Program-made: the position numbers and the translations under genes | Notes under the pieces: model-generated | What the model saw: the letters and a program-made list of their open reading frames with translations, nothing else | Databases searched by the model: none | Told to the model about the DNA's origin: nothing | Source: Eubacteriales bacterium | GTDB taxonomy: Bacteria; Bacillota; Clostridia; Saccharofermentanales; UBA5734 | Direction of reading: 5' to 3' | Assembly: GCA_028685755.1 (NCBI GenBank) | Contig: JAQUDJ010000003.1 | Coordinates: 60,525 to 124,524 of the forward strand | Length of the DNA: 64,000 nt | Shown here: positions 18,970 to 27,516 of the stretch, in pieces | Numbering within the stretch: the first letter of the stretch is position 1 | Layout: the number at the start of each line of letters is the position of its first letter

Positions 18970-19749
18970 TTACTTAACTTCCGGTTGATGTCCGGATTTG
19001 TCTTTGAAACCTTCTTCTTCACGGAAACGTGTACCAATACTGCAAGCACCACACATCGCGCAGGCGGCCTTTTCGTTGATCGCGCCGACGCAGGAATCCG
19101 CGAGCGGATCAATCTGGGATTTGTCTCTTTTGTCGAGTTTTTCAGACAGATAGTTCGCAAACGCAATCAACACGCCGAAAACAAAGAAACCACCCGGCGG
19201 CAAGATCATGATGATCGTTGGCTCGATCCAACCACCAGCCTGTAAGACCGGCAATGGCATGTCAAAGAATGTCCCGTTGCCGATGATTTCACGGATGCCA
19301 CCCATCAGCACGAGTGCCGAGGTGAAACCAATACCCATGCCTAGACCATCAATGACCGATGGCAAAATGGGGTTTTTGTTAGCAAACATTTCAGCACGAG
19401 CGAGGATAATGCAGTTGACGGTAATCAAGGGGATGAAGATGCCAAGTGATTTGTTGAGATCAGGTAAATAGGCTTGTATCAGCATTTGGACGATTGAAAC
19501 GAAACCAGCGATGACTGTGATATAAGCAGGAATACGAACTTTGTCCGGGATGACTTTGCGTAACATCGAAATCATCAGGTTGGAACCGATCAAAACGAAT
19601 GTTGCGGCCAAGCCCATACCGATGCCGTTTTTGACTGTGGTTGTGACTGCGAGGGTCGGGCAGGTGCCCAACAGGAGACGAAGTACCGGATTTTCCCGGA
19701 GGAGTCCCTTGTTGAATTCCTGCATCAAGGTTTTTCGTCTAGGTGACAT
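18970..19749 (-). CDS. rnfE: Rnf complex subunit E with a Cys-rich C-terminal extension
   Basis: NPVLRLLLGTCPTLAVTT motif. The RnfE core of about 205 aa is followed by about 55 extra residues containing C-x10-C-x2-C-x2-C. Confidence 0.9.
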   Translation of the reverse strand: MSPRRKTLMQEFNKGLLRENPVLRLLLGTCPTLAVTTTVKNGIGMGLAATFVLIGSNLMISMLRKVIPDKVRIPAYITVIAGFVSIVQMLIQAYLPDLNKSLGIFIPLITVNCIILARAEMFANKNPILPSVIDGLGMGIGFTSALVLMGGIREIIGNGTFFDMPLPVLQAGGWIEPTIIMILPPGGFFVFGVLIAFANYLSEKLDKRDKSQIDPLADSCVGAINEKAACAMCGACSIGTRFREEEGFKDKSGHQPEVK

Positions 19750-19750
19750 C

Positions 19751-20332
19751 TTATTTCACCTCCGATGCAATTTGTAAGTGGAGGGCAGAAGCCTGATTGA
19801 CGGCATGAGTGACGGCGTTTGAGGAAATCGTGGCACCGGCAATCGAGTCTAACAGAACTTTGTCGGTTTCGTTAGGTTTGACTGTATAGACTTTAGTCGC
19901 ATCGAGATCGACATATTGACCAATAAATGAATCATCGGCGATTTTTTTGCCAAGGCCAGGTGTTTCGCCATTTTCTAAAGCAAGCGCGCGGATGATCATA
20001 TTGTTGCTATCGATCGCGACCAACACGGGCACATCGCCGGCGTAACCACGAAATTGGCTTTTGTAGAGGTAGCCAAGTATTGCACCTTGATCGTCTTTGA
20101 CAAGATATGCCTCACTGACCCCTGTTGTATCTAGGGAGTCTAGCGCAAGTTCGACAGGTTCGAAAGTCGATGCTAATGGGCAGATCAAGGTCCGATTGGC
20201 ATTATCCGCCGCGACTGCTTGTGCGTCACGAGTGGCTTGCGTGATGCTACTGGTGAAGGCTAGAAGCCCCGTGGTGATTAAGACGATTATCGTCAGGATA
20301 ATCGCAGGCATATAGCCATTATCCTTTGACAT
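19751..20332 (-). CDS. rnfG: Rnf complex subunit G (FMN-binding)
   Basis: GGAGG precedes ATG 20332. N-terminal TM helix. DSIAGATISS covalent-FMN site motif. Confidence 0.85.
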   Translation of the reverse strand: MSKDNGYMPAIILTIIVLITTGLLAFTSSITQATRDAQAVAADNANRTLICPLASTFEPVELALDSLDTTGVSEAYLVKDDQGAILGYLYKSQFRGYAGDVPVLVAIDSNNMIIRALALENGETPGLGKKIADDSFIGQYVDLDATKVYTVKPNETDKVLLDSIAGATISSNAVTHAVNQASALHLQIASEVK

Positions 20333-21287
20333 GTTTGCGACCTCCAAACGGGACCGGTTTGGTCCAATTTTCAATGTGTGGCGTCAAAATATTCATCAAT
20401 AGGATTGCGAAGGAAACGCCTTCGGTCATCGACCCAAATAAACGGATCAAGGCCGTGATGATGCCGGCACCCATGGCAAAGAGAAATTGACCTTTGCGAG
20501 TGACCGGGGCTGTGACGTAATCAGTTGCCATGAAAAAAGCACCAATGATTAAGCCGGCAGATAGCACATGATAAAGTGGATCTTCGCCAGCAATGGTGAC
20601 GATCAGAACGACCGTGCCGATATAAGTCAGCGGGATCCACAAGTTAATGACCTTACGGATTATCAAGTAAACGGCCCCAATTAGGAGTGCTAAGACCGAG
20701 ACTTCACCGATGCAACCGCCTTTAATGCCCAAAAACATATCGAGGTAGCTCGGCATGTCGCCGTTATTTTGCAAAATGTACAAAGGAGTTGCAGTTGCGA
20801 TCAAATCAAGATGACCGGCGGCATCTGTCACAACCGATGATGCACCGCGCGCGCGCTCGGCCAAAATCGACCAACGGGTCATCGCAGCGGGGTAAGACAG
20901 CATCAGAATGACGCGTGCTGCAAGTGCCGGATTCATAAAGTTTTGGCCGATTCCACCAAACATCTGTTTGACAATAATAATGGCAATAAACGAACCGACT
21001 ACCGGAATCCACAGCGGAATTGTCGGCGGTAAATTCATGGCCAAAAGCAAACCTGTAACGAGTGCGCTCATATCGCCGATGGAGTCATAACGCTTCATCA
21101 CCTTGCGGCTGAGGAATTCAAAGAGGACAGATGACCCAGTAGCAATTGCTGTGACGATAAGGACGCGCCAACCAAAAATCCAAGTTGATGCGACCAAGGC
21201 GGGGATAAGTGCGATGACGACATCGAGCATCAATCGACGCGTGGTGACTGTATCGCGAATATGGGGAGACGATGAAACCTGTAACAT
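20319..21287 (-). CDS. rnfD: Rnf complex subunit D
   Basis: SSPHIR start region, polytopic, FFMATDYVTAP motif. Confidence 0.95.
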   Translation of the reverse strand: MLQVSSSPHIRDTVTTRRLMLDVVIALIPALVASTWIFGWRVLIVTAIATGSSVLFEFLSRKVMKRYDSIGDMSALVTGLLLAMNLPPTIPLWIPVVGSFIAIIIVKQMFGGIGQNFMNPALAARVILMLSYPAAMTRWSILAERARGASSVVTDAAGHLDLIATATPLYILQNNGDMPSYLDMFLGIKGGCIGEVSVLALLIGAVYLIIRKVINLWIPLTYIGTVVLIVTIAGEDPLYHVLSAGLIIGAFFMATDYVTAPVTRKGQFLFAMGAGIITALIRLFGSMTEGVSFAILLMNILTPHIENWTKPVPFGGRKHVKG

Positions 21288-22630
21288 TATTTAGCGGCCT
21301 CCTTTGACTTTGCGAGTCGAACGTAACCTTTGCCAGCGCGGATGCTTTGCACTAAATAACGTTTGGCAGGACAGACAAATGTACAACAACCACATTCAAT
21401 ACAATCCATAACGAAGTAGTCGTTGAGTTCTGTGACATCCTTATTACGTGAGGCTGAATCAAGTTGCGTCGGCATCAAATGCATCGGGCAAGCTTCAACA
21501 CAGCGGCCGCAGCGGATACACTGAGTTTCCTGTGGAATTTCAGCTTCTTTTGTACCAAAAACCAAAATGGCGTTATTGTGCTTGATGATCGACGTGTCAA
21601 AGCGATCGAGTGCCACACCCATCATCGAACCGCCCATGATGATTTTACCGGCTGCTTCGGCATCGCCACCGGCAAATTTGATGACGTCCGGGATCATCGC
21701 ACCGACTGGGACATTGACGTTACACGGGATTTTGAGGCCAGAGCCGTCGAGGGTGATGCGTTTTCTGACCAAGGGCATGCCCGTTTTAATGTATTTGGCA
21801 ATGAAGCGAACAGTACTAACATTCAACACAACGGCTCCGACATCGATCGGTAGGCCGCCTGATGGAATTTCTCGGTTCGTCAGCGTATAGATCAGCATCT
21901 TTTCCGCACCTTGTGGGTACAAAGTCCGCAATCCATGAATGCTGATAGCCGGACGGGTGTTTTCTTTGAGCTCGATTTTTGTTAATTCATTCCGCAGGAC
22001 TTCAATGGCTAGTGGCTTATTATCCTCAATCCCGACCATTGCCTTGGGAATATCGAGATAGTGCATGACAATCCGAATACCTTCAATGATTTCATCAGGG
22101 TGCTCGGCGCATTGTCGGAAATCAGCGGTAATATAAGGCTCACATTCTGCCGCATTAATGATCAGGACATCGGCAGTTTTCCCTTCTGGGATGCGTAATT
22201 TGGCGTGGGTGGGGAAACCCGCACCACCGAGACCGACTAGGCCAGAATCGCGAATTGCTTTTAAAAACGTATCGCGATCGTTGACAATCGGAGGCGCGAT
22301 AGCATCGTGACGTGTGTACTGGCCATCCGATTCAATATCGACCACTTCCACGGAGTTACCTGAACTCGCGACAACCCGCGAAACGGATTTTACGATGCCA
22401 GAAACACTGGAATGGATCGGTACTGCGAGCGGACCGGTGGCTTCACCGATCATTTGCCCAACCATGACGGGATCACCTGCTTTAACGGTAGGGGTGCAGG
22501 GCGGACCAATATGCATGCTCATGGGAATTCGAATATGTTTGAAATCATCAAGGCGCATTGTTGGAAAGAAGTGGGTATTTTTATTGCCTTTGGGGTGTAC
22601 GCCTCCAGAAAAATGACCAAACTTGAACAC
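21287..22630 (-). CDS. rnfC: Rnf complex subunit C
   Basis: GVHP..NK N-terminus, GLGGAGFPTH NADH/FMN motif and two CxxCxxCxxxCP motifs. GTG start 8 nt after AAGGAGG. Confidence 0.95.
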   Translation of the reverse strand: MFKFGHFSGGVHPKGNKNTHFFPTMRLDDFKHIRIPMSMHIGPPCTPTVKAGDPVMVGQMIGEATGPLAVPIHSSVSGIVKSVSRVVASSGNSVEVVDIESDGQYTRHDAIAPPIVNDRDTFLKAIRDSGLVGLGGAGFPTHAKLRIPEGKTADVLIINAAECEPYITADFRQCAEHPDEIIEGIRIVMHYLDIPKAMVGIEDNKPLAIEVLRNELTKIELKENTRPAISIHGLRTLYPQGAEKMLIYTLTNREIPSGGLPIDVGAVVLNVSTVRFIAKYIKTGMPLVRKRITLDGSGLKIPCNVNVPVGAMIPDVIKFAGGDAEAAGKIIMGGSMMGVALDRFDTSIIKHNNAILVFGTKEAEIPQETQCIRCGRCVEACPMHLMPTQLDSASRNKDVTELNDYFVMDCIECGCCTFVCPAKRYLVQSIRAGKGYVRLAKSKEAAK

Positions 22631-22944
22631 TGCTGTTACCTCCTTATAGAGTCGTGGAAAAGTGACACGTAAAGTGCCAAAAATATCTTAGCACAGAATA
22701 AAATGAAAGAATCAAATATTACGGATTTAATAAACATTTTTTTATTTATTCTAGTAATTACAGCAAAATAGCACAAAAATTTGCCGAAAAAGCGCACAAA
22801 ACATCAAATAGACTTGAAAGCCGATTAAAGACAAATGCCCGCAATCTCCGAAAACGTTTGCGGAAAAGTGACATTCAAGCGATCCATCTGGCCTTGTCGA
22901 GTAGGATAATTTTTGACGATTTTAGAAAAACTGAAGAAAAACTT

Positions 22945-22982
22945 CAACAAGCGCGGACACTGTGCAGTGCTCGCGCTTGTTG
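22945..22982 (-). terminator. strong hairpin downstream of the TrxR-like gene (T-runs on both sides, possibly bidirectional)
   Basis: 11-bp arms CAACAAGCGCG/CGCGCTTGTTG with further pairing inside the loop. Confidence 0.6.
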
Positions 22983-23046
22983 TTGTCAGTTTTTTAATTT
23001 GCAGATTGCGTTTTATTAGTTAATAGATGTTCAAAGGATTAGGTGA

Positions 23047-23946
23047 TTAGTGCCACTGAACAGTGACGGATTTTTCACCGCCCATTTCCCGGACATAATT
23101 AGCGGCAGCCATCCCGGCGCGTGCGCCATCACCGACAGCTACGGCAATTTGGAGTAAACCACCTGTACAATCACCAGCTGCAAAAACACCAGGTAAGTTT
23201 GTGTCTTGATTGCGGCTATTGACGGTGATCACTTTGCCATCATTGTCGAGACCGAGCTTGAGCGCGAGATCGACTGCTGAGGCCGTACCTTCAGCAACAA
23301 AAATACCGTCAACAGCTAAAATGGTGCCATCTGTTAATTCAACGGAGCGCACCTTGATATCGTCGCCACTGACCGCAGCGATTGGCCGCAAGTCAACGCT
23401 GATTTTTTCATCTGTTTTGTCGGATTCATAGGGACGCCCATTGGTGAACAGGGTGATCTTGGTGGCAAAGGGCTTTAATTCGCTCGCTTCTTTAAACGCG
23501 TACTCACCGTTGCCAATGACGGCGACGGTTTTACCGCGATAGAAGAAACCATCGCACGTGGCACAGTAACTGACACCGAGACCTTCGAACTCATTTAATC
23601 CTTTGACGGTCGCTTTGCGGCGGGGCATACCAGAGGCAATGACGAGGGCTTTAGTTTCAAATTCTTGACTTGCCGTATGAACGACATAATTTTCCATCCA
23701 AGCTAAACCGGTCACTTCTTCGGACAGAATTTCGACGCCTAGGCGAGTTGCTTGGGCAATACTATCGGCAAGCAATTTTGCTCCGGTAATTGGCTCAACA
23801 AACCCGAGATAATTTTCGATTAAATCAGCCGTGCCGAGGGATCCGGCATCGCGGCCGATCACAAGGACGGACAAACCCGCGCGCACGGCGTATATCGCAG
23901 CCGATAAACCCGCTGGCCCCTTGCCAACAACAATCAGATCGTACAT
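23047..23946 (-). CDS. thioredoxin-reductase-like FAD flavoprotein (CATC redox centre, atypical pyridine-nucleotide site)
   Basis: DLIVVGKGPAG FAD motif and CATCDGFFYRGK redox motif. GGAGG precedes ATG 23946. The usual HRRxxxR NADPH motif is not visible. Confidence 0.8.
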   Translation of the reverse strand: MYDLIVVGKGPAGLSAAIYAVRAGLSVLVIGRDAGSLGTADLIENYLGFVEPITGAKLLADSIAQATRLGVEILSEEVTGLAWMENYVVHTASQEFETKALVIASGMPRRKATVKGLNEFEGLGVSYCATCDGFFYRGKTVAVIGNGEYAFKEASELKPFATKITLFTNGRPYESDKTDEKISVDLRPIAAVSGDDIKVRSVELTDGTILAVDGIFVAEGTASAVDLALKLGLDNDGKVITVNSRNQDTNLPGVFAAGDCTGGLLQIAVAVGDGARAGMAAANYVREMGGEKSVTVQWH

Positions 23947-23953
23947 GGTTTCC

Positions 23954-24000
23954 TCCAAAAAAAGCGAAATGACCCGGCTGCTAGACCAACCGGGCCATTT
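23954..24000 (-). terminator. rho-independent terminator between hcp and the TrxR-like gene, abutting the latter's SD
   Basis: On the minus strand, AAAUGGCCCGG ... CCGGGUCAUUU (one G-U pair) is followed by CGC-T7 and then GGAGG. Confidence 0.65.
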
Positions 24001-24145
24001 GCATACTGCTATTGTTGTGCCACAAGAATCTGATTTTTGTCAACGAAACTTGTTACACAACGCCTCGTTTCGGACACTCAAGGCTCCATTTGAACTTATC
24101 CGAAACGGGATTTCCCAAAACGGCCGAATGAATAACCGTTAAGGA

Positions 24146-25735
24146 TTATGCGCCGAGGATTTCCTGCATGTCATAGTCAACATTGGAGGTCGGTCGGATA
24201 CCGAACTGGTCAACGAGCACATTAAGGACATTTGCAGAAACGAATGCTGGGAGAGTTGGTCCGAGGTAGATGTTTTTGACACCGAGGGCCAGCAGGGTCA
24301 GCAAGACGCAGACTGCTTTTTGTTCGTACCAGGACAGGATAAGCGTCAGTGGCAGATCATTGACGGAGCAGTTGAAAGCTCCGGCGAGGGCGACAGCAAC
24401 TTTGATGGCTGAGTAGGAGTCATTACATTGCCCCATATCCATGATGCGCGGGAACGGCCCGATATTACCGATGTCAAGATCGTTGAACCGGAACTTGCCA
24501 CAAGCGAGAGTCAGCACAAGCGTGTCTTGAGGGGTTTGTTTGACGAAATCAGTAAAGTAATTGCGTCCTGGTTTGGCACCGTCACAACCACCGACGAGGA
24601 AGATATGTTTCAAAGCGCCTTGGTTGACGGCGTCAATCACTTGGGTGGCGGCGCCGAGGACGGTTGCATGGCCAAAGCCAGTCAAAAGTTTGGAACCGCC
24701 GTTGATACCGGTCATGGTGACTTCTTCAGCAAAACCGCCTAAGGCCAGCGCCTTGTCGATAACGACTGAGAAATCTTTGTGACCACGCGCACCATCTGCG
24801 ATATGGACTAGACCAGGATATTCGACCACAGCCGTAGTGAAGACGCGATCGGCATAGTCTGCTTTCGGTGGCATCAGGCAGTTGGTGGTAAAGAGGAAGG
24901 CAGCCGGAACATTCTTGAATTCCTTCTGCTGATTCTGCCAGGCTGTACCGAAGTTGCCCTTGAGCTGGCTGTATTTCTTCAGTTCCGGATAAGCATGGGC
25001 GGGCAGCATTTCACCGTGGGTGTAAATGTTGACGCCTTTACCTTCAGTTTGTTCGAGAAGCATTTGGAGATCATGCAGGTCATGACCAGAAACAACGATG
25101 AATGGGCCTTTTTCAATTTTCATGGTGACTTCAGTCGGGACCGGGTTACCATAGGTGCTCGTGTTCGCATCATCAAGGACTTCCATGCAACGGAAATTGT
25201 CTTTACCGAATTTCATCAGTAAATTGAGCCATGCTTCGACACTGTGGTCTTTACCAACAGCAGCCATGCCATCAAACATCGCTTGATTTACTTCAGCATC
25301 CATTTTGTTGAGCATCAGTGCGTGATAGGCATAAGCAGCCATGCCACGCAGACCAAGCAGGAGCAGGGATCGCAGCGAGACAATATCGGGGTCACCGGCA
25401 AAAAGCTGGTCACCTTGTCCGATGACATTATGAATTTCTAAGTGATTGAGGTTGCGTTTAGCTTCACCTGCAGCTTCGACTTGTGCAACGAGCTTGTTGA
25501 GTGAAACATCATCAAAGCTGACGTTCGTGATGGTGGTGAAAAGGCCTTCCATCATGAGTTGGGCGTCATCTTTGGTGATCTCTTTCCCCTCGTTCGCTAA
25601 CGCGAAATTAATCAGGGCTAGCGTTAAGTCATCCTGAAGATTGGAAGTGTCGGCTGTTTTGCCGCAAGCACCAGCAACGGTGCAGCCTTTGCCGCCGACG
25701 GTTTGTTCGCACTGGAAACAGAACATGTTTGACAT
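24146..25735 (-). CDS. hcp: hybrid-cluster protein / hydroxylamine reductase
   Basis: MSNMFCFQCEQT N-terminal Cys motif, with typical length from ATG 25735. The upstream part of ORF 24146-25846 was rejected. Confidence 0.95.
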   Translation of the reverse strand: MSNMFCFQCEQTVGGKGCTVAGACGKTADTSNLQDDLTLALINFALANEGKEITKDDAQLMMEGLFTTITNVSFDDVSLNKLVAQVEAAGEAKRNLNHLEIHNVIGQGDQLFAGDPDIVSLRSLLLLGLRGMAAYAYHALMLNKMDAEVNQAMFDGMAAVGKDHSVEAWLNLLMKFGKDNFRCMEVLDDANTSTYGNPVPTEVTMKIEKGPFIVVSGHDLHDLQMLLEQTEGKGVNIYTHGEMLPAHAYPELKKYSQLKGNFGTAWQNQQKEFKNVPAAFLFTTNCLMPPKADYADRVFTTAVVEYPGLVHIADGARGHKDFSVVIDKALALGGFAEEVTMTGINGGSKLLTGFGHATVLGAATQVIDAVNQGALKHIFLVGGCDGAKPGRNYFTDFVKQTPQDTLVLTLACGKFRFNDLDIGNIGPFPRIMDMGQCNDSYSAIKVAVALAGAFNCSVNDLPLTLILSWYEQKAVCVLLTLLALGVKNIYLGPTLPAFVSANVLNVLVDQFGIRPTSNVDYDMQEILGA

Positions 25736-25863
25736 AATAGATACCTCTCTTTTTCTACTGGCTATTGCCATTTTGGAAACAAAATCACGTCGTTCTTGAG
25801 GCGGTATATCCACCTCAATTTTGAACCCTAGAAATATTAAACGCAAATATTTGGAATAAATAA

Positions 25864-26622
25864 CTATTCTTCAATAATGCGGCCGTCTGTTGAAATCGTC
25901 ACAACTTGCCAAGGAATCATTTTGCCACTCGCTTGGAGCGCTTTTTTAGCTGCAAAATCCAAACCGCCGCAGCATGGCACCTCCATTTTGACGATTGTGA
26001 CACTGCGGATGTCATTGTTGCGGATAATGTCGGTCAGCTTATCAGCATAATCAATGGAATCAAGTTTTGGGCAGCCAATTAGACAGACCTTGCCTTTGAT
26101 GAATTCTTGATGGAAGTTTGCCCTGGAATAAGCCGCACAGTCAGCAGCAATCAGCAGTTTGGCACCTTGATAAAACTGAGCCTGAGTCGGTAAAAGTTTA
26201 ATCTGAACAGGCCATTGGCGCAGTTCGGAACTCGTTTCGACCATTGATGTGGTCGGTATTGCAGGGGTGGATTCGATTTCTGGGCGATCCATTGTCCGCT
26301 GAGCGGAACCTGGACAGCCGCGAAAAACAGGCTTAACTGCGGCGGCGATGACAGCCTCTTGGGCAGCCGCTTCGGCTTGCATCTCCAAGTCGGCCGGAGA
26401 ACCCGGAGCTGGTGCGGTAAATGCATCGGTATCGCGTTCTTCGATCGTAATGGCATCTGTCGGACATGTCGGCAAACAGGCACCGAGTCCATCACAATAG
26501 GAATCTTTGATCAGTCGGGCTTTGCCGTTGATCAGGGCCAATGCGCCTTCGTGACAGCCGATAATACAATTGCCACAGCCATTGCATTTTTCTTCATCAA
26601 CGACGATGATGTTACGTTTCAT
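25864..26622 (-). CDS. 2x[4Fe-4S] ferredoxin-domain protein with a conserved Cys-containing C-terminal domain of unknown function (hcp-associated)
   Basis: CNGCGNCIIGC and CDGLGACLPTCP motifs. The C-terminal region has ADC...IGCPKLD...EVPCCGG. Confidence 0.7.
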   Translation of the reverse strand: MKRNIIVVDEEKCNGCGNCIIGCHEGALALINGKARLIKDSYCDGLGACLPTCPTDAITIEERDTDAFTAPAPGSPADLEMQAEAAAQEAVIAAAVKPVFRGCPGSAQRTMDRPEIESTPAIPTTSMVETSSELRQWPVQIKLLPTQAQFYQGAKLLIAADCAAYSRANFHQEFIKGKVCLIGCPKLDSIDYADKLTDIIRNNDIRSVTIVKMEVPCCGGLDFAAKKALQASGKMIPWQVVTISTDGRIIEE

Positions 26623-26682
26623 TCGAGATCCTCCATTTGGCCGATTCGGTTGGAGCCATCGGCTTATTTCATAGGGTTTTAC

Positions 26683-26711
26683 TTGGTTTTATGGCGTCAG
26701 TGTACTATAAT
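26683..26711 (+). promoter_or_regulatory. candidate sigma-A promoter of the Crp/Fnr gene
   Basis: TTGGTT (26683-26688), 17-bp spacer, TATAAT (26706-26711). It overlaps a minus-strand TATAGT. Confidence 0.4.
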
Positions 26712-26725
26712 GACCCCAGAGAGGC

Positions 26726-26741
26726 TGTAGCTATAGCAACA
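26726..26741. promoter_or_regulatory. 16-bp near-perfect palindrome, candidate Crp/Fnr (HcpR-like) operator
   Basis: TGTAGCTATAGCAACA matches its reverse complement at 14 of 16 positions. It lies in the divergent intergenic region. Confidence 0.35.
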
Positions 26742-26769
26742 AACAAACAGCTGGTTACAGAGTATTCAG

Positions 26770-27459
26770 ATGATCGAGAAATGGCTTCCTTTATTGCACC
26801 GATGTGGCATTTTCGAAGGCTTAAATGAGCCGGATATTATGGATATGATGCCCTGTTTTAATCCTGTGATTAAAACATTTGTCAAAGATGACACGATTAT
26901 AAGAGTAGGTGATCCACAAGATTCAATTGGAATCGTCTTAGATGGCGAAATCACCGTTCAAAAAGAAGATTATGCGGGTAATCGGTTGATTATTGGCAAT
27001 TTTGGTCCAGCAGATATTTTTGGTGAAGTGGCAGCCTTTGCAAAAATTGGCTTCTGGCCGAACATGGTCGTTGCCAATACGAAGTGCCAAATCGTCTTTT
27101 TCCCGATTGATAAATTCATCAAACCCTGCTGCAAAATTTGCAACGCCCATCAATTATTGATCGAAAATATGTTGCGCATCGTTGCACGCAAGGCCATGAT
27201 GATGAATAATCGGATATCGTATTTAAAAGTCAAAGGTATGCGCGAAAAACTCGCTGCCTTTCTATTTGAACAATACCAGATCACCGGAAACCGGACGTTT
27301 ATGATTCCGATGAATCGGGAGCAACTTGCCGACTATCTCAATGTCTCACGCCCATCGATGTCACGCGAGCTTGGGCGCATTCGAGATGAAAATGTGATCG
27401 ACTTTTATCGCTCGTCCTTTACCATTAAAAACATTGAGGCCTTGCGCCAGATGCACTAA
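26770..27459 (+). CDS. Crp/Fnr-family transcriptional regulator (candidate HcpR)
   Basis: cNMP-binding-like N-terminus and C-terminal HTH (REQLADYLNVSRPSMSRELGRI). Divergent from the ferredoxin-hcp genes. Confidence 0.8.
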   Translation: MIEKWLPLLHRCGIFEGLNEPDIMDMMPCFNPVIKTFVKDDTIIRVGDPQDSIGIVLDGEITVQKEDYAGNRLIIGNFGPADIFGEVAAFAKIGFWPNMVVANTKCQIVFFPIDKFIKPCCKICNAHQLLIENMLRIVARKAMMMNNRISYLKVKGMREKLAAFLFEQYQITGNRTFMIPMNREQLADYLNVSRPSMSRELGRIRDENVIDFYRSSFTIKNIEALRQMH

Positions 27460-27516
27460 CGATCTCACAGTTGTCAGTGCGATGCCATTCGAAATCTAAA
27501 GAAAGAAATTATCATT

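Noticed and set aside
24146-25846. Upstream 37-codon extension of hcp (the ORF-track start at 25846).
   Set aside because: Hcp proteins start at the MxxMFCFQCEQT Cys motif. An SD-like GAGAGG precedes ATG 25735.
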